Shown in pieces: positions 28,457 through 37,142 of a stretch of 64,000 bases of DNA. A model generated the notes under the pieces. That model did no database searches and was not told the origin of the DNA. It worked only from the letters and a program-made list of their open reading frames with translations. A program made the position numbers and the translations under genes. The stretch's first letter is position 1. Each line of letters starts with the position of its first letter. The DNA lies in assembly GCA_964408285.1 (NCBI GenBank), contig CAYOYV010000002.1:1-64000 (forward strand), written 5' to 3'. Source of the DNA: an uncultured Nitrososphaerota archaeon. Lineage in GTDB: Archaea; Thermoproteota; EX4484-205; JAAOZO01.

Positions 28457-29682
28457 TCGATGGGAAGAGAATCAGGCTCAGTAGGATAATAGACCCAAGC
28501 GATCAAAGGGCGATCGTCGTTGCATCCGATCATGGCATGATGTTGGGACCTATACCCGGGGCGGCGAAGCTGGAGTCAACATTGAAGGAGGTGATAAAGG
28601 GAAGGCCAGATGCAATACTAGTCTCCCCTGGGGAGGCCAGAATGCTGTCCCACCTTTTCAAAGGCAAGGAGTCTCCGGCTTTGCTCATCAGGGCAGACTG
28701 GACAAACGCATTTAGAGACAGGACTTATACTCTTCCAGCTAGATCGACGCAATTCTGTGCAGTCGCAGGAGTGAAGAGAGCCGCATCCCTGGGAGCTGAT
28801 GCGATAACAATATACCTGTTTGTTGGATACAATGACGCCGAACAGGAAGCTCTGCATTTCAAACAAGCAGTGGATTTCTCCAGGCAATCTTCAGAGTATG
28901 GGATCCCCCTAGTCATTGAACCGATCCCCATGGGCCCGAAAGTGACAAAGACGAACTACGAGGAACTTGTCAGGAAATCCGTGGAGCTAGCAGTTGAGGC
29001 GGGGGCGGACGCGTTGAAAGTGCCCTATACTGGAGACCCTGAGACGTTCAGTTCCGTGGTCAGTGCGGCGAAGGGTGTTCCACTACTCATATTGGGAGGG
29101 TACAGGGCTCTTTCTCCAAGGGAACCACTGGAGGCAGTGGAGGAGGCCTTGAGTGTCGGGGCTTCAGGAGTTGTTTTCGGGAGAAATGTGATCCAGTCAG
29201 AGGAACCAGCACAAGTACTAGAATTGATAAGGAGAGTCGTCCATGAAGGCAAGTCTGCAAGAGAAGCTCTCGCTGGAACTCTTGCGGGCCCAATAGTATT
29301 GAAGACAAACCCAGATCTCTGCACTAACTGCAGACTCTGTCTCTCTGCATGCGCAATGGCGCACGAGAGGGAATCCGACCTCGCGAAATCAAGGCTGAAG
29401 GTCCATATGGCCTGGCCGAAGGCAGTGGAATTGGCAACGTGTACTCAGTGTGGTCTTTGCGTTTCAGCTTGCCCAACAGAGGCGTTGGCATTGGATCAGA
29501 AGATAGGGGGCCTCAGGTATGTCCGCGAGGTCTGCAATCTGTGTGGAGAATGCAAAAAGGCATGCCCCTATGACCTGCCAATCATCAAAGATGGCGAAGT
29601 GCTAGTGTGTGACATGTGCAACGGATGGCCGGAATGTGTGGATTGGTGCCCGACTAGGGCCATCGGGGTCACAACGAGGTGA
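28453..29682 (+). CDS. Class I aldolase (DhnA family) fused to a C-terminal 4x[4Fe-4S] ferredoxin domain
   Basis: ASDHG, GADALKVPY (Lys at 29017-29019), LILGG, FGRNV; then CTNCRLCLSAC, CTQCGLCVSACP, CNLCGECKKACP, CDMC..ECVDWCP. Confidence 0.88.
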   Translation: MIDGKRIRLSRIIDPSDQRAIVVASDHGMMLGPIPGAAKLESTLKEVIKGRPDAILVSPGEARMLSHLFKGKESPALLIRADWTNAFRDRTYTLPARSTQFCAVAGVKRAASLGADAITIYLFVGYNDAEQEALHFKQAVDFSRQSSEYGIPLVIEPIPMGPKVTKTNYEELVRKSVELAVEAGADALKVPYTGDPETFSSVVSAAKGVPLLILGGYRALSPREPLEAVEEALSVGASGVVFGRNVIQSEEPAQVLELIRRVVHEGKSAREALAGTLAGPIVLKTNPDLCTNCRLCLSACAMAHERESDLAKSRLKVHMAWPKAVELATCTQCGLCVSACPTEALALDQKIGGLRYVREVCNLCGECKKACPYDLPIIKDGEVLVCDMCNGWPECVDWCPTRAIGVTTR

Positions 29683-31541
29683 ATGACGTGACCCTATCTG
29701 GTTCTGGATATGTGGGGAGAATCCTGCACATTGACCTGACGAGTGGAAAGACAACCGAAGAGGAGCTTGGGGAAGACAGAGCTCACGCATTCCTAGGGGG
29801 AAAAGGACTAGGCGCTTTTCTCTTGTTCAGGAACACTCCATCAGGGGCTGATCCGCTTTCTGAACAGAACACTTTGATCTTCTCAACGGGTCCGCTGACT
29901 GGCACAATCGCCCCAACAGGAAATCGATTCGCAGTGGTCACCAAGAGCCCAGCGACCGGCGCATTCTTGGACTCTCACTGTGGGGGGCCTTTCGGTGTCG
30001 GCCTAAAGAAATTCGGCTATGACGCGCTCTCGATCGGTGGATCCTGTGATGAACAATCCATTCTGATCCTTCAGGACGGTAAGGTCAATATGGAATCCGC
30101 CAAAGAAGTCTCAGGCAAGAGCACAATCGATACCGAGGCCGCTTTGAAGAATCGGTTTGGGAAAGATGCCGCAATTGCTTGCATAGGTCCAGCTGGAGAG
30201 AGGCTAGCTCGGTTGGCATGCATTTTCAGCGGACTCAGAGCAGCTGGGAGAGGAGGATCGGGTGCCGTCATGGGATCTAAGAAACTCAAGGCAATAATTG
30301 CGAACGGAACTGAGAGACTCTTGGTCAGGTATCCTGAGCTGTTCATGAAGGCCGCATGGCTGGCTCACAGGTCGATCAGGATGCATGAGACTACAGTCAG
30401 ACAGCTCCCGAGATACGGCACCAATAACATCTTGGAGACCATCAATGCAACAGGAGGGCTCCCAGTGAATAATTTCCAGAGCGCTGGACTGGAGAATCCC
30501 CAGGACATAACCGGGGAAAGCTGGAGGAAATTGGTATGGGTCAAGGATACTGCTTGCTTCAATTGCCCAATCGGCTGCAGCAAGATGGCCATTTTGAGAT
30601 CCGGAAAATACGCGGGTACAATCGTTGATGGACCAGACTATGAAACCACCTGGGCCCTTGGACCGAATTGTGGGGTCACGGAAAGGGACGCCATAGTGAA
30701 GGCCAACGAGTTGTGTGATCTCTATGGCGTTGACACGATCTCCACTGGGGGAACAATAGCATTCGCTATGGAATGCTTTGAGAAGGGAATCCTGCCAAAA
30801 GACCGTCTGGATGGAATTGAAGCTAGATTCGGAAATGCGGACGCAGTGGTCATGCTTACTGAAAAAATATGTAGGGGAGAGGGCGTGGGAAGAATTATGC
30901 AGAACGGCGCAAGGATTTTCGCCGAATCTCTCTCTATGCTGAGGCAGAACAAATCCCTAGCAGATTACGCCATGCAGAGCAAGGGGCTTGAATTGCCAGC
31001 CTACGAGCCAAGGGCCGCCCAAGGCATGGGTCTCGGATATGCCACTTCGGACAGAGGAGGCTGCCACCTGAGGGCATATACTGCGAATCAGGAGCTGCTC
31101 GGTCATGGAGGTGGTGTCGATCCGCGCACTACGAAGGGAAAAGCCCAGCTTGTCATTGACAAGCAGAACGAAAAAGCGGTCGTCGATTCAGTTGGCATAT
31201 GCTTCTTTTCATTGTATGCCATCTCACTGAAAGACATAAGGCGGATGGTCGTCACAGCCACCGGACTTGACTTCAAGACGACAAAGGACCTCGAATCAGT
31301 GGGAGAGAGGGTCTACAATCTGACTAGGCTTTTCAACATCCGTGAGGGTCTCTCATCGAAAGACGACAGCCTCCCACATAGGTTCACAAATGAGCCTCTG
31401 CCTGGCCCAGTCGCCAAGGGGGAGGTCTCGAAGCTTTCCGAAATGCTTGCCGAATACTATTCCCTAAGAGGGTGGAATGAGGACGGAGTTCCAGAGAAGG
31501 AGAAGCTGATGGAACTCGGTTTGCTGAGCTTTCTAACTTGA
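29679..31541 (+). CDS. aor: Tungsten-dependent aldehyde:ferredoxin oxidoreductase family large subunit
   Basis: GGKGLG, KSPATG, IGPAGE, GRGGSGAVMGSKKLKA, CFNCPIGC, GPDYET, DTIS, RGGCHL, DSVGIC, YYSLRGW. Confidence 0.93.
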   Translation: MNDVTLSGSGYVGRILHIDLTSGKTTEEELGEDRAHAFLGGKGLGAFLLFRNTPSGADPLSEQNTLIFSTGPLTGTIAPTGNRFAVVTKSPATGAFLDSHCGGPFGVGLKKFGYDALSIGGSCDEQSILILQDGKVNMESAKEVSGKSTIDTEAALKNRFGKDAAIACIGPAGERLARLACIFSGLRAAGRGGSGAVMGSKKLKAIIANGTERLLVRYPELFMKAAWLAHRSIRMHETTVRQLPRYGTNNILETINATGGLPVNNFQSAGLENPQDITGESWRKLVWVKDTACFNCPIGCSKMAILRSGKYAGTIVDGPDYETTWALGPNCGVTERDAIVKANELCDLYGVDTISTGGTIAFAMECFEKGILPKDRLDGIEARFGNADAVVMLTEKICRGEGVGRIMQNGARIFAESLSMLRQNKSLADYAMQSKGLELPAYEPRAAQGMGLGYATSDRGGCHLRAYTANQELLGHGGGVDPRTTKGKAQLVIDKQNEKAVVDSVGICFFSLYAISLKDIRRMVVTATGLDFKTTKDLESVGERVYNLTRLFNIREGLSSKDDSLPHRFTNEPLPGPVAKGEVSKLSEMLAEYYSLRGWNEDGVPEKEKLMELGLLSFLT

Positions 31542-31671
31542 ACCCTGACCGAAGGAAATCTGAATCCAGCCAATCTTAGGAGATATCCTCAACAATCTCT
31601 AGGAAAAGGGCCCTGCCTCCGGTTGAAAGCTTCTGGCGATTCTCTGATTGCTTTGCCTTTTCTTTCCGTGT

Positions 31672-32439
31672 CTATGTTATTTCCTTCCTCTTTATGATGC
31701 GCTCCAAGAATTTCCTGAGCCTTTGGTTGCTCGGGTGGTGAAGCATGTCCTCCTTCGATCCGACTTCCATTATCTTGCCACCCTCCATGAACACCACGAT
31801 CGTCGCAACATCTTCAGCGAAATCCATTTCATGGGTGACTATGAGCATCGTCATCCCTGTTCTTGCGATTTCCTTTAGAATGTCTAGTACCTCTCCTGCG
31901 AATTCAGGATCAAGAGCCGATGTCGGTTCGTCCAAAAGAAGTATCTTTGGTTTCAGCGCCAGAGCTCTCGCTATGGCTGCCCTCTGCCTCTGTCCGCCAC
32001 TCAGCTCAAGCGGATACCGCGATATCTTATCCGTCAGTCCGACTGAATCCAGTGTCTCCCTAGCCATATCCTCTGCCTGGTCCCTAGGTGCCTTCTTGAC
32101 CTTTTCAATGGGGAAAGCGACATTGCGCAGGACCGTCATGTGTGGAAATAGCGTATAACTCTGAAAAACCAATGCTAGCTCCTGCCTGACCAGCGAGGCA
32201 GTCTTCTCAGTCAGTTCACTCCCTTCTATGAATATTCTCCCCTTGGAGGGCTTAACCAAATACAGCAATGATTTCAGGAGAGTGCTTTTTCCAGATCCGC
32301 TAGGACCTATTATCACAGCCTTCTCATTCTTGTGTATTTCAAGATCGATTCCGCATAGTGCCTCCGCTCCTCCGTAGGTAACATGGAGATCCTCGATTAC
32401 TATCATTGGCCTTTCTGGGGGAGGGAGAATCTGGTTCAC
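31672..32439 (-). CDS. glnQ: Polar amino-acid ABC transporter ATP-binding protein (GlnQ-like)
   Basis: GPSGSGKS, LSGGQRQR, LLLDEPTSALDPE, VTHEM. Confidence 0.92.
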   Translation of the reverse strand: MNQILPPPERPMIVIEDLHVTYGGAEALCGIDLEIHKNEKAVIIGPSGSGKSTLLKSLLYLVKPSKGRIFIEGSELTEKTASLVRQELALVFQSYTLFPHMTVLRNVAFPIEKVKKAPRDQAEDMARETLDSVGLTDKISRYPLELSGGQRQRAAIARALALKPKILLLDEPTSALDPEFAGEVLDILKEIARTGMTMLIVTHEMDFAEDVATIVVFMEGGKIMEVGSKEDMLHHPSNQRLRKFLERIIKRKEIT

Positions 32440-32441
32440 GA

Positions 32442-33110
32442 CTACCTCTTCCGTATGTAGCCGGGAATTGATAACTTCTTCTCCATCGAAGCAGAGGCCC
32501 TTGACAGCGTGAAGCAGATCGCGAAGTATATCGCTGCCACAAGCAAGTAGACCTCAAGTGGTAAGAAGGTCCAGGCCATTACATACTCCCCCCTTCTTGT
32601 CAACTCGGCTACGCCAATCACTGAAACGAGGGAGCTCTCCTTTACGAGTGTGACAAGCTCATTCGTCAATGAAGGCAGGACATTCCTCAAAGCGAGGGGA
32701 AGGATAATGTGATAGCCTATCTGAAAGCTAGTCAAACCCAGAGACTCCGCGGATTCGAGGTTCTCCTTGGGAATGGATTGAATTCCAGATCGTACTATCT
32801 CGGCTTGGTATGCTCCGCTATTGAACCCAACTGCGACTATGCCGGCGGTTATTGGATCGAGTGAGATGCCGAAGGAAGGAAGGCCAAAATACACCAACAG
32901 GATCTGAACTAGTAAAGGAGTCCCCCGTATTGCTTCAACATACACGGACGAGATCAGATTCAGTACTCTATCATCGGACATACGGCCAAGGCCGAATAGA
33001 AGCCCAAGCAGGAATCCGAGCGCGAAACCGGCAACGCTGATCTGGATCGTCAGTGGAACCCCTTGTAGCAAGTAGGGTACTATTGAGGTGAGAAAATCAA
33101 TCTCTGGCAT
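32442..33110 (-). CDS. glnP: Polar amino-acid ABC transporter permease (GlnP/HisM-like)
   Basis: YVEAIRGTPLLVQ, AYQAEIVRSGI, KESSLVSVIG. Confidence 0.92.
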   Translation of the reverse strand: MPEIDFLTSIVPYLLQGVPLTIQISVAGFALGFLLGLLFGLGRMSDDRVLNLISSVYVEAIRGTPLLVQILLVYFGLPSFGISLDPITAGIVAVGFNSGAYQAEIVRSGIQSIPKENLESAESLGLTSFQIGYHIILPLALRNVLPSLTNELVTLVKESSLVSVIGVAELTRRGEYVMAWTFLPLEVYLLVAAIYFAICFTLSRASASMEKKLSIPGYIRKR

Positions 33111-33125
33111 TCCTATTTGCCCCTA

Positions 33126-33929
33126 TCAGGAACCGAACCACTTTTCGACCATTGTCTCGTACTTTCCGCTCGTCTGCAGATTTGCTATTACCTTGTTCAC
33201 CAGGTCCAACAGGTCCCTTGATTGCTTGCTGACGGCTGCCCCATATTGCTCACCGGTACTTATAGCGAAGTTGAATTGCAGTCCAGCAACTTTCTTGACA
33301 AACATCCTTCCGACGGGTTCATCCAGAAGAAGGACATCAACGTCTCCTTTCTGTAAGGCCAATAGAGCCACAGGCCATCTGTCGTAACCAATCACGTTCG
33401 CCTCTGGAATTGTTCCGTTTGCAACCAGATTATCCATGACCCACGCTTCTCCTGTCGTACCCGTCTGAACTCCTATCTTTTTGCCAGCGAGCGATCCGAT
33501 GTTCTTTCCAGCCAAGGATATCACTGCCTGACTGGCGTTGAAGTAGGGTTTTGAGAAATCGACCACTTGCTGCCTCTCCGGATATATAGATAAGCCAGCC
33601 AACACTAGGTCTATCTCATTGTTTTTCAAGGCAATTATGAGTGCATCGAAACTTATGTCCCTTATCTCCAGTTTCACGCCCAACTCCTTGGCTATTTCAT
33701 TCGCTATGTCAATGTCTAGCCCGACTACCGTATTGGACTCATCGACGAATTCGAACGGGGGAAAGTCAAGTGAGGTCCCGACGATCAACTTACCCCTGCT
33801 CTTGATCGTGGTAATGGTCGGGTATGCTGTTGATAGGTAGAGATTGTATATTGCCCAACCCGCAAGTATTATTACGACCACTCCGATCCCTGCATATATC
33901 CATTTATTCTCCATCTTTGATCGTAACAT
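33126..33929 (-). CDS. Polar amino-acid ABC transporter substrate-binding protein (SBP family 3)
   Basis: N-terminal TM anchor; GTSLDFPPFE, GLDIDIA, IGVQTGTTG, KWF. Confidence 0.92.
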   Translation of the reverse strand: MLRSKMENKWIYAGIGVVVIILAGWAIYNLYLSTAYPTITTIKSRGKLIVGTSLDFPPFEFVDESNTVVGLDIDIANEIAKELGVKLEIRDISFDALIIALKNNEIDLVLAGLSIYPERQQVVDFSKPYFNASQAVISLAGKNIGSLAGKKIGVQTGTTGEAWVMDNLVANGTIPEANVIGYDRWPVALLALQKGDVDVLLLDEPVGRMFVKKVAGLQFNFAISTGEQYGAAVSKQSRDLLDLVNKVIANLQTSGKYETMVEKWFGS

Positions 33930-34020
33930 ACAGGCGAGGAGAGATCCAATTATGATTTATGTAACCCGCGTCACAATCTCCCATCTTTGTGTTCCAAGCA
34001 CAACATCGTCCGTGACTTTG

Positions 34021-34719
34021 TCAAGATTCGAATCGTCGAATTCCTAGGATGGTGTTCTCCAGGAGCGAATAGGCCAGAAGCGCTTGTTTCCTATCGATAA
34101 TAAGAACAGTGTCGGTGTGGCATGACATTATCTGAGTTATGTTTATTCCACGCCTAGCCAGAGAAGAGATTATGTATGAGATAACACCGGGGGTTCCTAT
34201 GATGTCCCTAGAGCTTATCATCACTATGGCTGACTGATCAAGCACAACATCCTTGACGTTTGCCTTGGGGAAGACTTCCTTGAGATCATCATACAGATCG
34301 GAATCCAACGCAATCGTTACGGACGATACTCCTTGTGTGAGTTGCATGAACCTGCTCCTGTCGACAGCATGCATCACTTGCATGATGTTCTCTTTGAATG
34401 ATTCCGTGCCGACAGTCAAGACCACTATTTCGTTCTTAAGCTCCAACTTGCTGTTTTTTATTATGTCAGTTATCCTTTTCTCTGAAATTGCTGCCGATTC
34501 CTCTCTCACATCTTCCTTTAGTCTTATGAGGGCCATCTTTATCGCATCAGGGCTGACATCCTTCTTTCTGAGGGTGATTTCGACTTCTGGAGCCAAGAAA
34601 TCCGCGACGGAGCTATAGTTCAGAAGATCCATCACTAGGCAGTCGTGGATAGAAGGGTGATAAGAAACGACTTCCTTAACGGACGACGCTACGGATCTTT
34701 CCTCACTTGATGTAACCAT
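34021..34719 (-). CDS. Archaeal ACT-domain-containing protein
   Basis: N-terminal LLNYSSVA..AIKMALIR helical domain; TPGVISYIISSLARRGINITQIMSCHTD ACT motif; TTAAATA 30 nt upstream. Confidence 0.8.
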   Translation of the reverse strand: MVTSSEERSVASSVKEVVSYHPSIHDCLVMDLLNYSSVADFLAPEVEITLRKKDVSPDAIKMALIRLKEDVREESAAISEKRITDIIKNSKLELKNEIVVLTVGTESFKENIMQVMHAVDRSRFMQLTQGVSSVTIALDSDLYDDLKEVFPKANVKDVVLDQSAIVMISSRDIIGTPGVISYIISSLARRGINITQIMSCHTDTVLIIDRKQALLAYSLLENTILGIRRFES

Positions 34720-34852
34720 TGAGACCAACGTAGACAGCTGCCTGAGGATATTTAACATCAATACCTAGAAGTGAGCGTGAGAACAGGATCCGGCAGTCCT
34801 AGTTTCAGCATGAATTACGCGATCTGATTAAGCTTATCTTTTCGTAAATCAC

Positions 34853-35872
34853 ATGATTGCGAGAATGCAAGTACTTACGGCAGGATTCTTGGTGGCGGAC
34901 ATAATAGCTGCCGACCTGCCTAAGCTAGCTGATGAGGGCGAACTGCTATTTGCGCCGAAAGGTATCCAGTTGAGCATCGGAGGGCATCCGGCAAACGTCT
35001 CAATTGACCTGAGGCAACTGGGGATTCCACCAAAGGAGGTCGCACTCGTTTCGGCGATAGGAAGAGACATGTTCGGGAATTTCATCAAGGACACTCTGGA
35101 AGCTCATCAGATTGTAACGCGGCTTCAAATAGTAGAGAATATTGACACGACGAAGAATATCATAATGGTAGTCAAGAACGAAGACAGAAGATTCCATCTC
35201 GATCTCGGTGCGAGTTGGCATTTGGATCCAAGGATGGTCGAGGCATTTCTCAAGGAGACTAGACCGGATATATTCTACGTGGCTACTGGCATAGTACGGA
35301 AGCTTGATGAACGACTACCACAAGTCTTGAAGACCGCCAAGGAGATGGGCTGTCTGACATTCGTAGACATAGTAAGGCCATACATGAAGGGCTGGGATTT
35401 CGTGATTCCTTCCTTCAGATCCACCGATATTTTCCACTGTAACGATTATGAAGCGACAGAAATAACTGGAAAGAACCAACTAATCGAGTCACTCGGTTTC
35501 ATTATCAAGGCAGGCGCACGCGCAGTCTTTGTCACGACCGGCCAAGGAGGCGCTACTGCAATGACTTCAGAAGGGGGCCTCGTTCGACAACCGGCCTTGA
35601 GAGTCACCGCCGTTGATCCAACAGGAGCAGGAGATGCGTTCTGCGCAGGCATCGTACGCGAGCTCTTAAGAAGGCGCGTCACGAAGGATCCGAAGGAAGC
35701 TCTCTCCATATCAAGCCTGCCGGAGATATTGCTCTATGGTCAGGCGGCAGGAGCCGCTTGCGTCACCGGAATAGGAACAACGACCAACGTGACAAGGGAA
35801 GTCGTGCAAGGACTCATGGACAGGCAAGGCAAATCAATTCTTAAGGCGACAGAATCCAGAGAGTTAGGATAG
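34853..35872 (-). other. No credible minus-strand gene here; see the plus-strand PfkB kinase
   Basis: Minus-strand ORFs in this interval are short shadows of the kinase gene. Confidence 0.05.
34853..35872 (+). CDS. PfkB/ribokinase family carbohydrate kinase
   Basis: GGHPAN, IGRDMFG, CNDYEA, DPTGAGDAF signature. Confidence 0.92.
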   Translation: MIARMQVLTAGFLVADIIAADLPKLADEGELLFAPKGIQLSIGGHPANVSIDLRQLGIPPKEVALVSAIGRDMFGNFIKDTLEAHQIVTRLQIVENIDTTKNIIMVVKNEDRRFHLDLGASWHLDPRMVEAFLKETRPDIFYVATGIVRKLDERLPQVLKTAKEMGCLTFVDIVRPYMKGWDFVIPSFRSTDIFHCNDYEATEITGKNQLIESLGFIIKAGARAVFVTTGQGGATAMTSEGGLVRQPALRVTAVDPTGAGDAFCAGIVRELLRRRVTKDPKEALSISSLPEILLYGQAAGAACVTGIGTTTNVTREVVQGLMDRQGKSILKATESRELG

Positions 35873-35941
35873 ACATTCATTAGAGATGCACTAGCGTGCC
35901 AGATTTATTAGCCTAGGTTCGGACGTGGAGGACGAGCTTCC

Positions 35942-37066
35942 ATGATCAGGGATATCAGGAGTCAAGGTAGGTTGAGAAGCAAGGATCAATTGGTGAAGCA
36001 TCTCGACGAGTTTAGATTGATGCCAAAATTCTCCGCCGGAGTTTGGTACTTCTTTCCATCCGGCAGTAGATTCCACGAAAGATATGGTGCTCCCGGCTCA
36101 ATAGAAGACACTCTCGGCATTGTCTCGAGACTCCATGATGAGGAAGCAATTGACAGCAGTTTCAGGCTTGAAGCGCACTACCCAAATGAAGTAAACAGAG
36201 ACAATGTTGATGATTACAGGGCAATCAAAAAGGAAACGGGAATCGGTCTTATCACAGTTGTGCCAAACCTGTTCTTCGAGAGGGAGTTCGAGTTCGGATC
36301 TCTATCAAGCCCAATCAAGGAAGTCAGGGACCATGCGATATCAAGGACCGTTGAAGCATTGACGCTTAATAGGGAATTGGATACTGATTTCATGATAGTT
36401 TGGCCCGGAATCGATGGCTACGAGAACCCATTCGCTACTGATTTCATCGGGATGTGGAATAGGTTTGAGGGGGGCTTGGCCTATGCGATGGATCAGGTTC
36501 CAGGAAGAAGAGTCGCAATAGAACCAAAGCCGTATGAGCCAAGGGGAAATAACATCTACAGGAATACCTCTAACGGGATACTGATGGCGCACAAGGTGGA
36601 GAGACTCCTGTTATCTAGGGAGAACAGAGAATTAATAGAAAAGGGGCACGCACTTGTAGCTCTCAATCCAGAAGTGGGGCATGTCCTGATGGGGCATGAA
36701 GAACTCGCGTATTCGCTTGCATCAATTCTAAGGGAGGGTAGGCTGGCTCACACCCACTGGAATAGCCAACCCTTGGGAAACTACGATCAGGATCTTAACG
36801 TCGGTGTCCTCGGACTGGATCAGCTGTATTCTGCACTTTTCACCCTGAAGATGCAGGGATATGATGGATATTTCGGCATCGACATCAATCCGGAAAGGAT
36901 GCCAGTTGATACAGCCCTGAAATTGAACATGAAGGCCATCAGGACCGCTTGTGACAAACTCAACCATATTCCGTATGAGGATTGGGTGAACTTGGTAGAA
37001 GCGATGATCAATCCATCAGCAAACAGGGGAATGATAGAAGAGACATTTCTGAGAAATCTCCTTTGA
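35942..37066 (+). CDS. Xylose-isomerase-family sugar isomerase (XylA/L-rhamnose/apiose isomerase-like)
   Basis: FSAGVWYF, VWPGIDG, IEPKPYEPR, LNPEVGH, YDQDL, DINP metal-binding motifs. Confidence 0.88.
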   Translation: MIRDIRSQGRLRSKDQLVKHLDEFRLMPKFSAGVWYFFPSGSRFHERYGAPGSIEDTLGIVSRLHDEEAIDSSFRLEAHYPNEVNRDNVDDYRAIKKETGIGLITVVPNLFFEREFEFGSLSSPIKEVRDHAISRTVEALTLNRELDTDFMIVWPGIDGYENPFATDFIGMWNRFEGGLAYAMDQVPGRRVAIEPKPYEPRGNNIYRNTSNGILMAHKVERLLLSRENRELIEKGHALVALNPEVGHVLMGHEELAYSLASILREGRLAHTHWNSQPLGNYDQDLNVGVLGLDQLYSALFTLKMQGYDGYFGIDINPERMPVDTALKLNMKAIRTACDKLNHIPYEDWVNLVEAMINPSANRGMIEETFLRNLL

Positions 37067-37123
37067 TGCCAATCCGGTCTAATGAGCATCTAGCTGTTGC
37101 GAAGGAGCCATATAGGCACAATT

Positions 37124-37137
37124 GAAGAAAAAGAAAG
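37124..37137 (-). terminator. Oligo-T archaeal terminator candidate
   Basis: Minus strand reads TTTCTTTTTCTTC just after the stop codon at 37143. Confidence 0.4.
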
Positions 37138-37142
37138 GTGAG

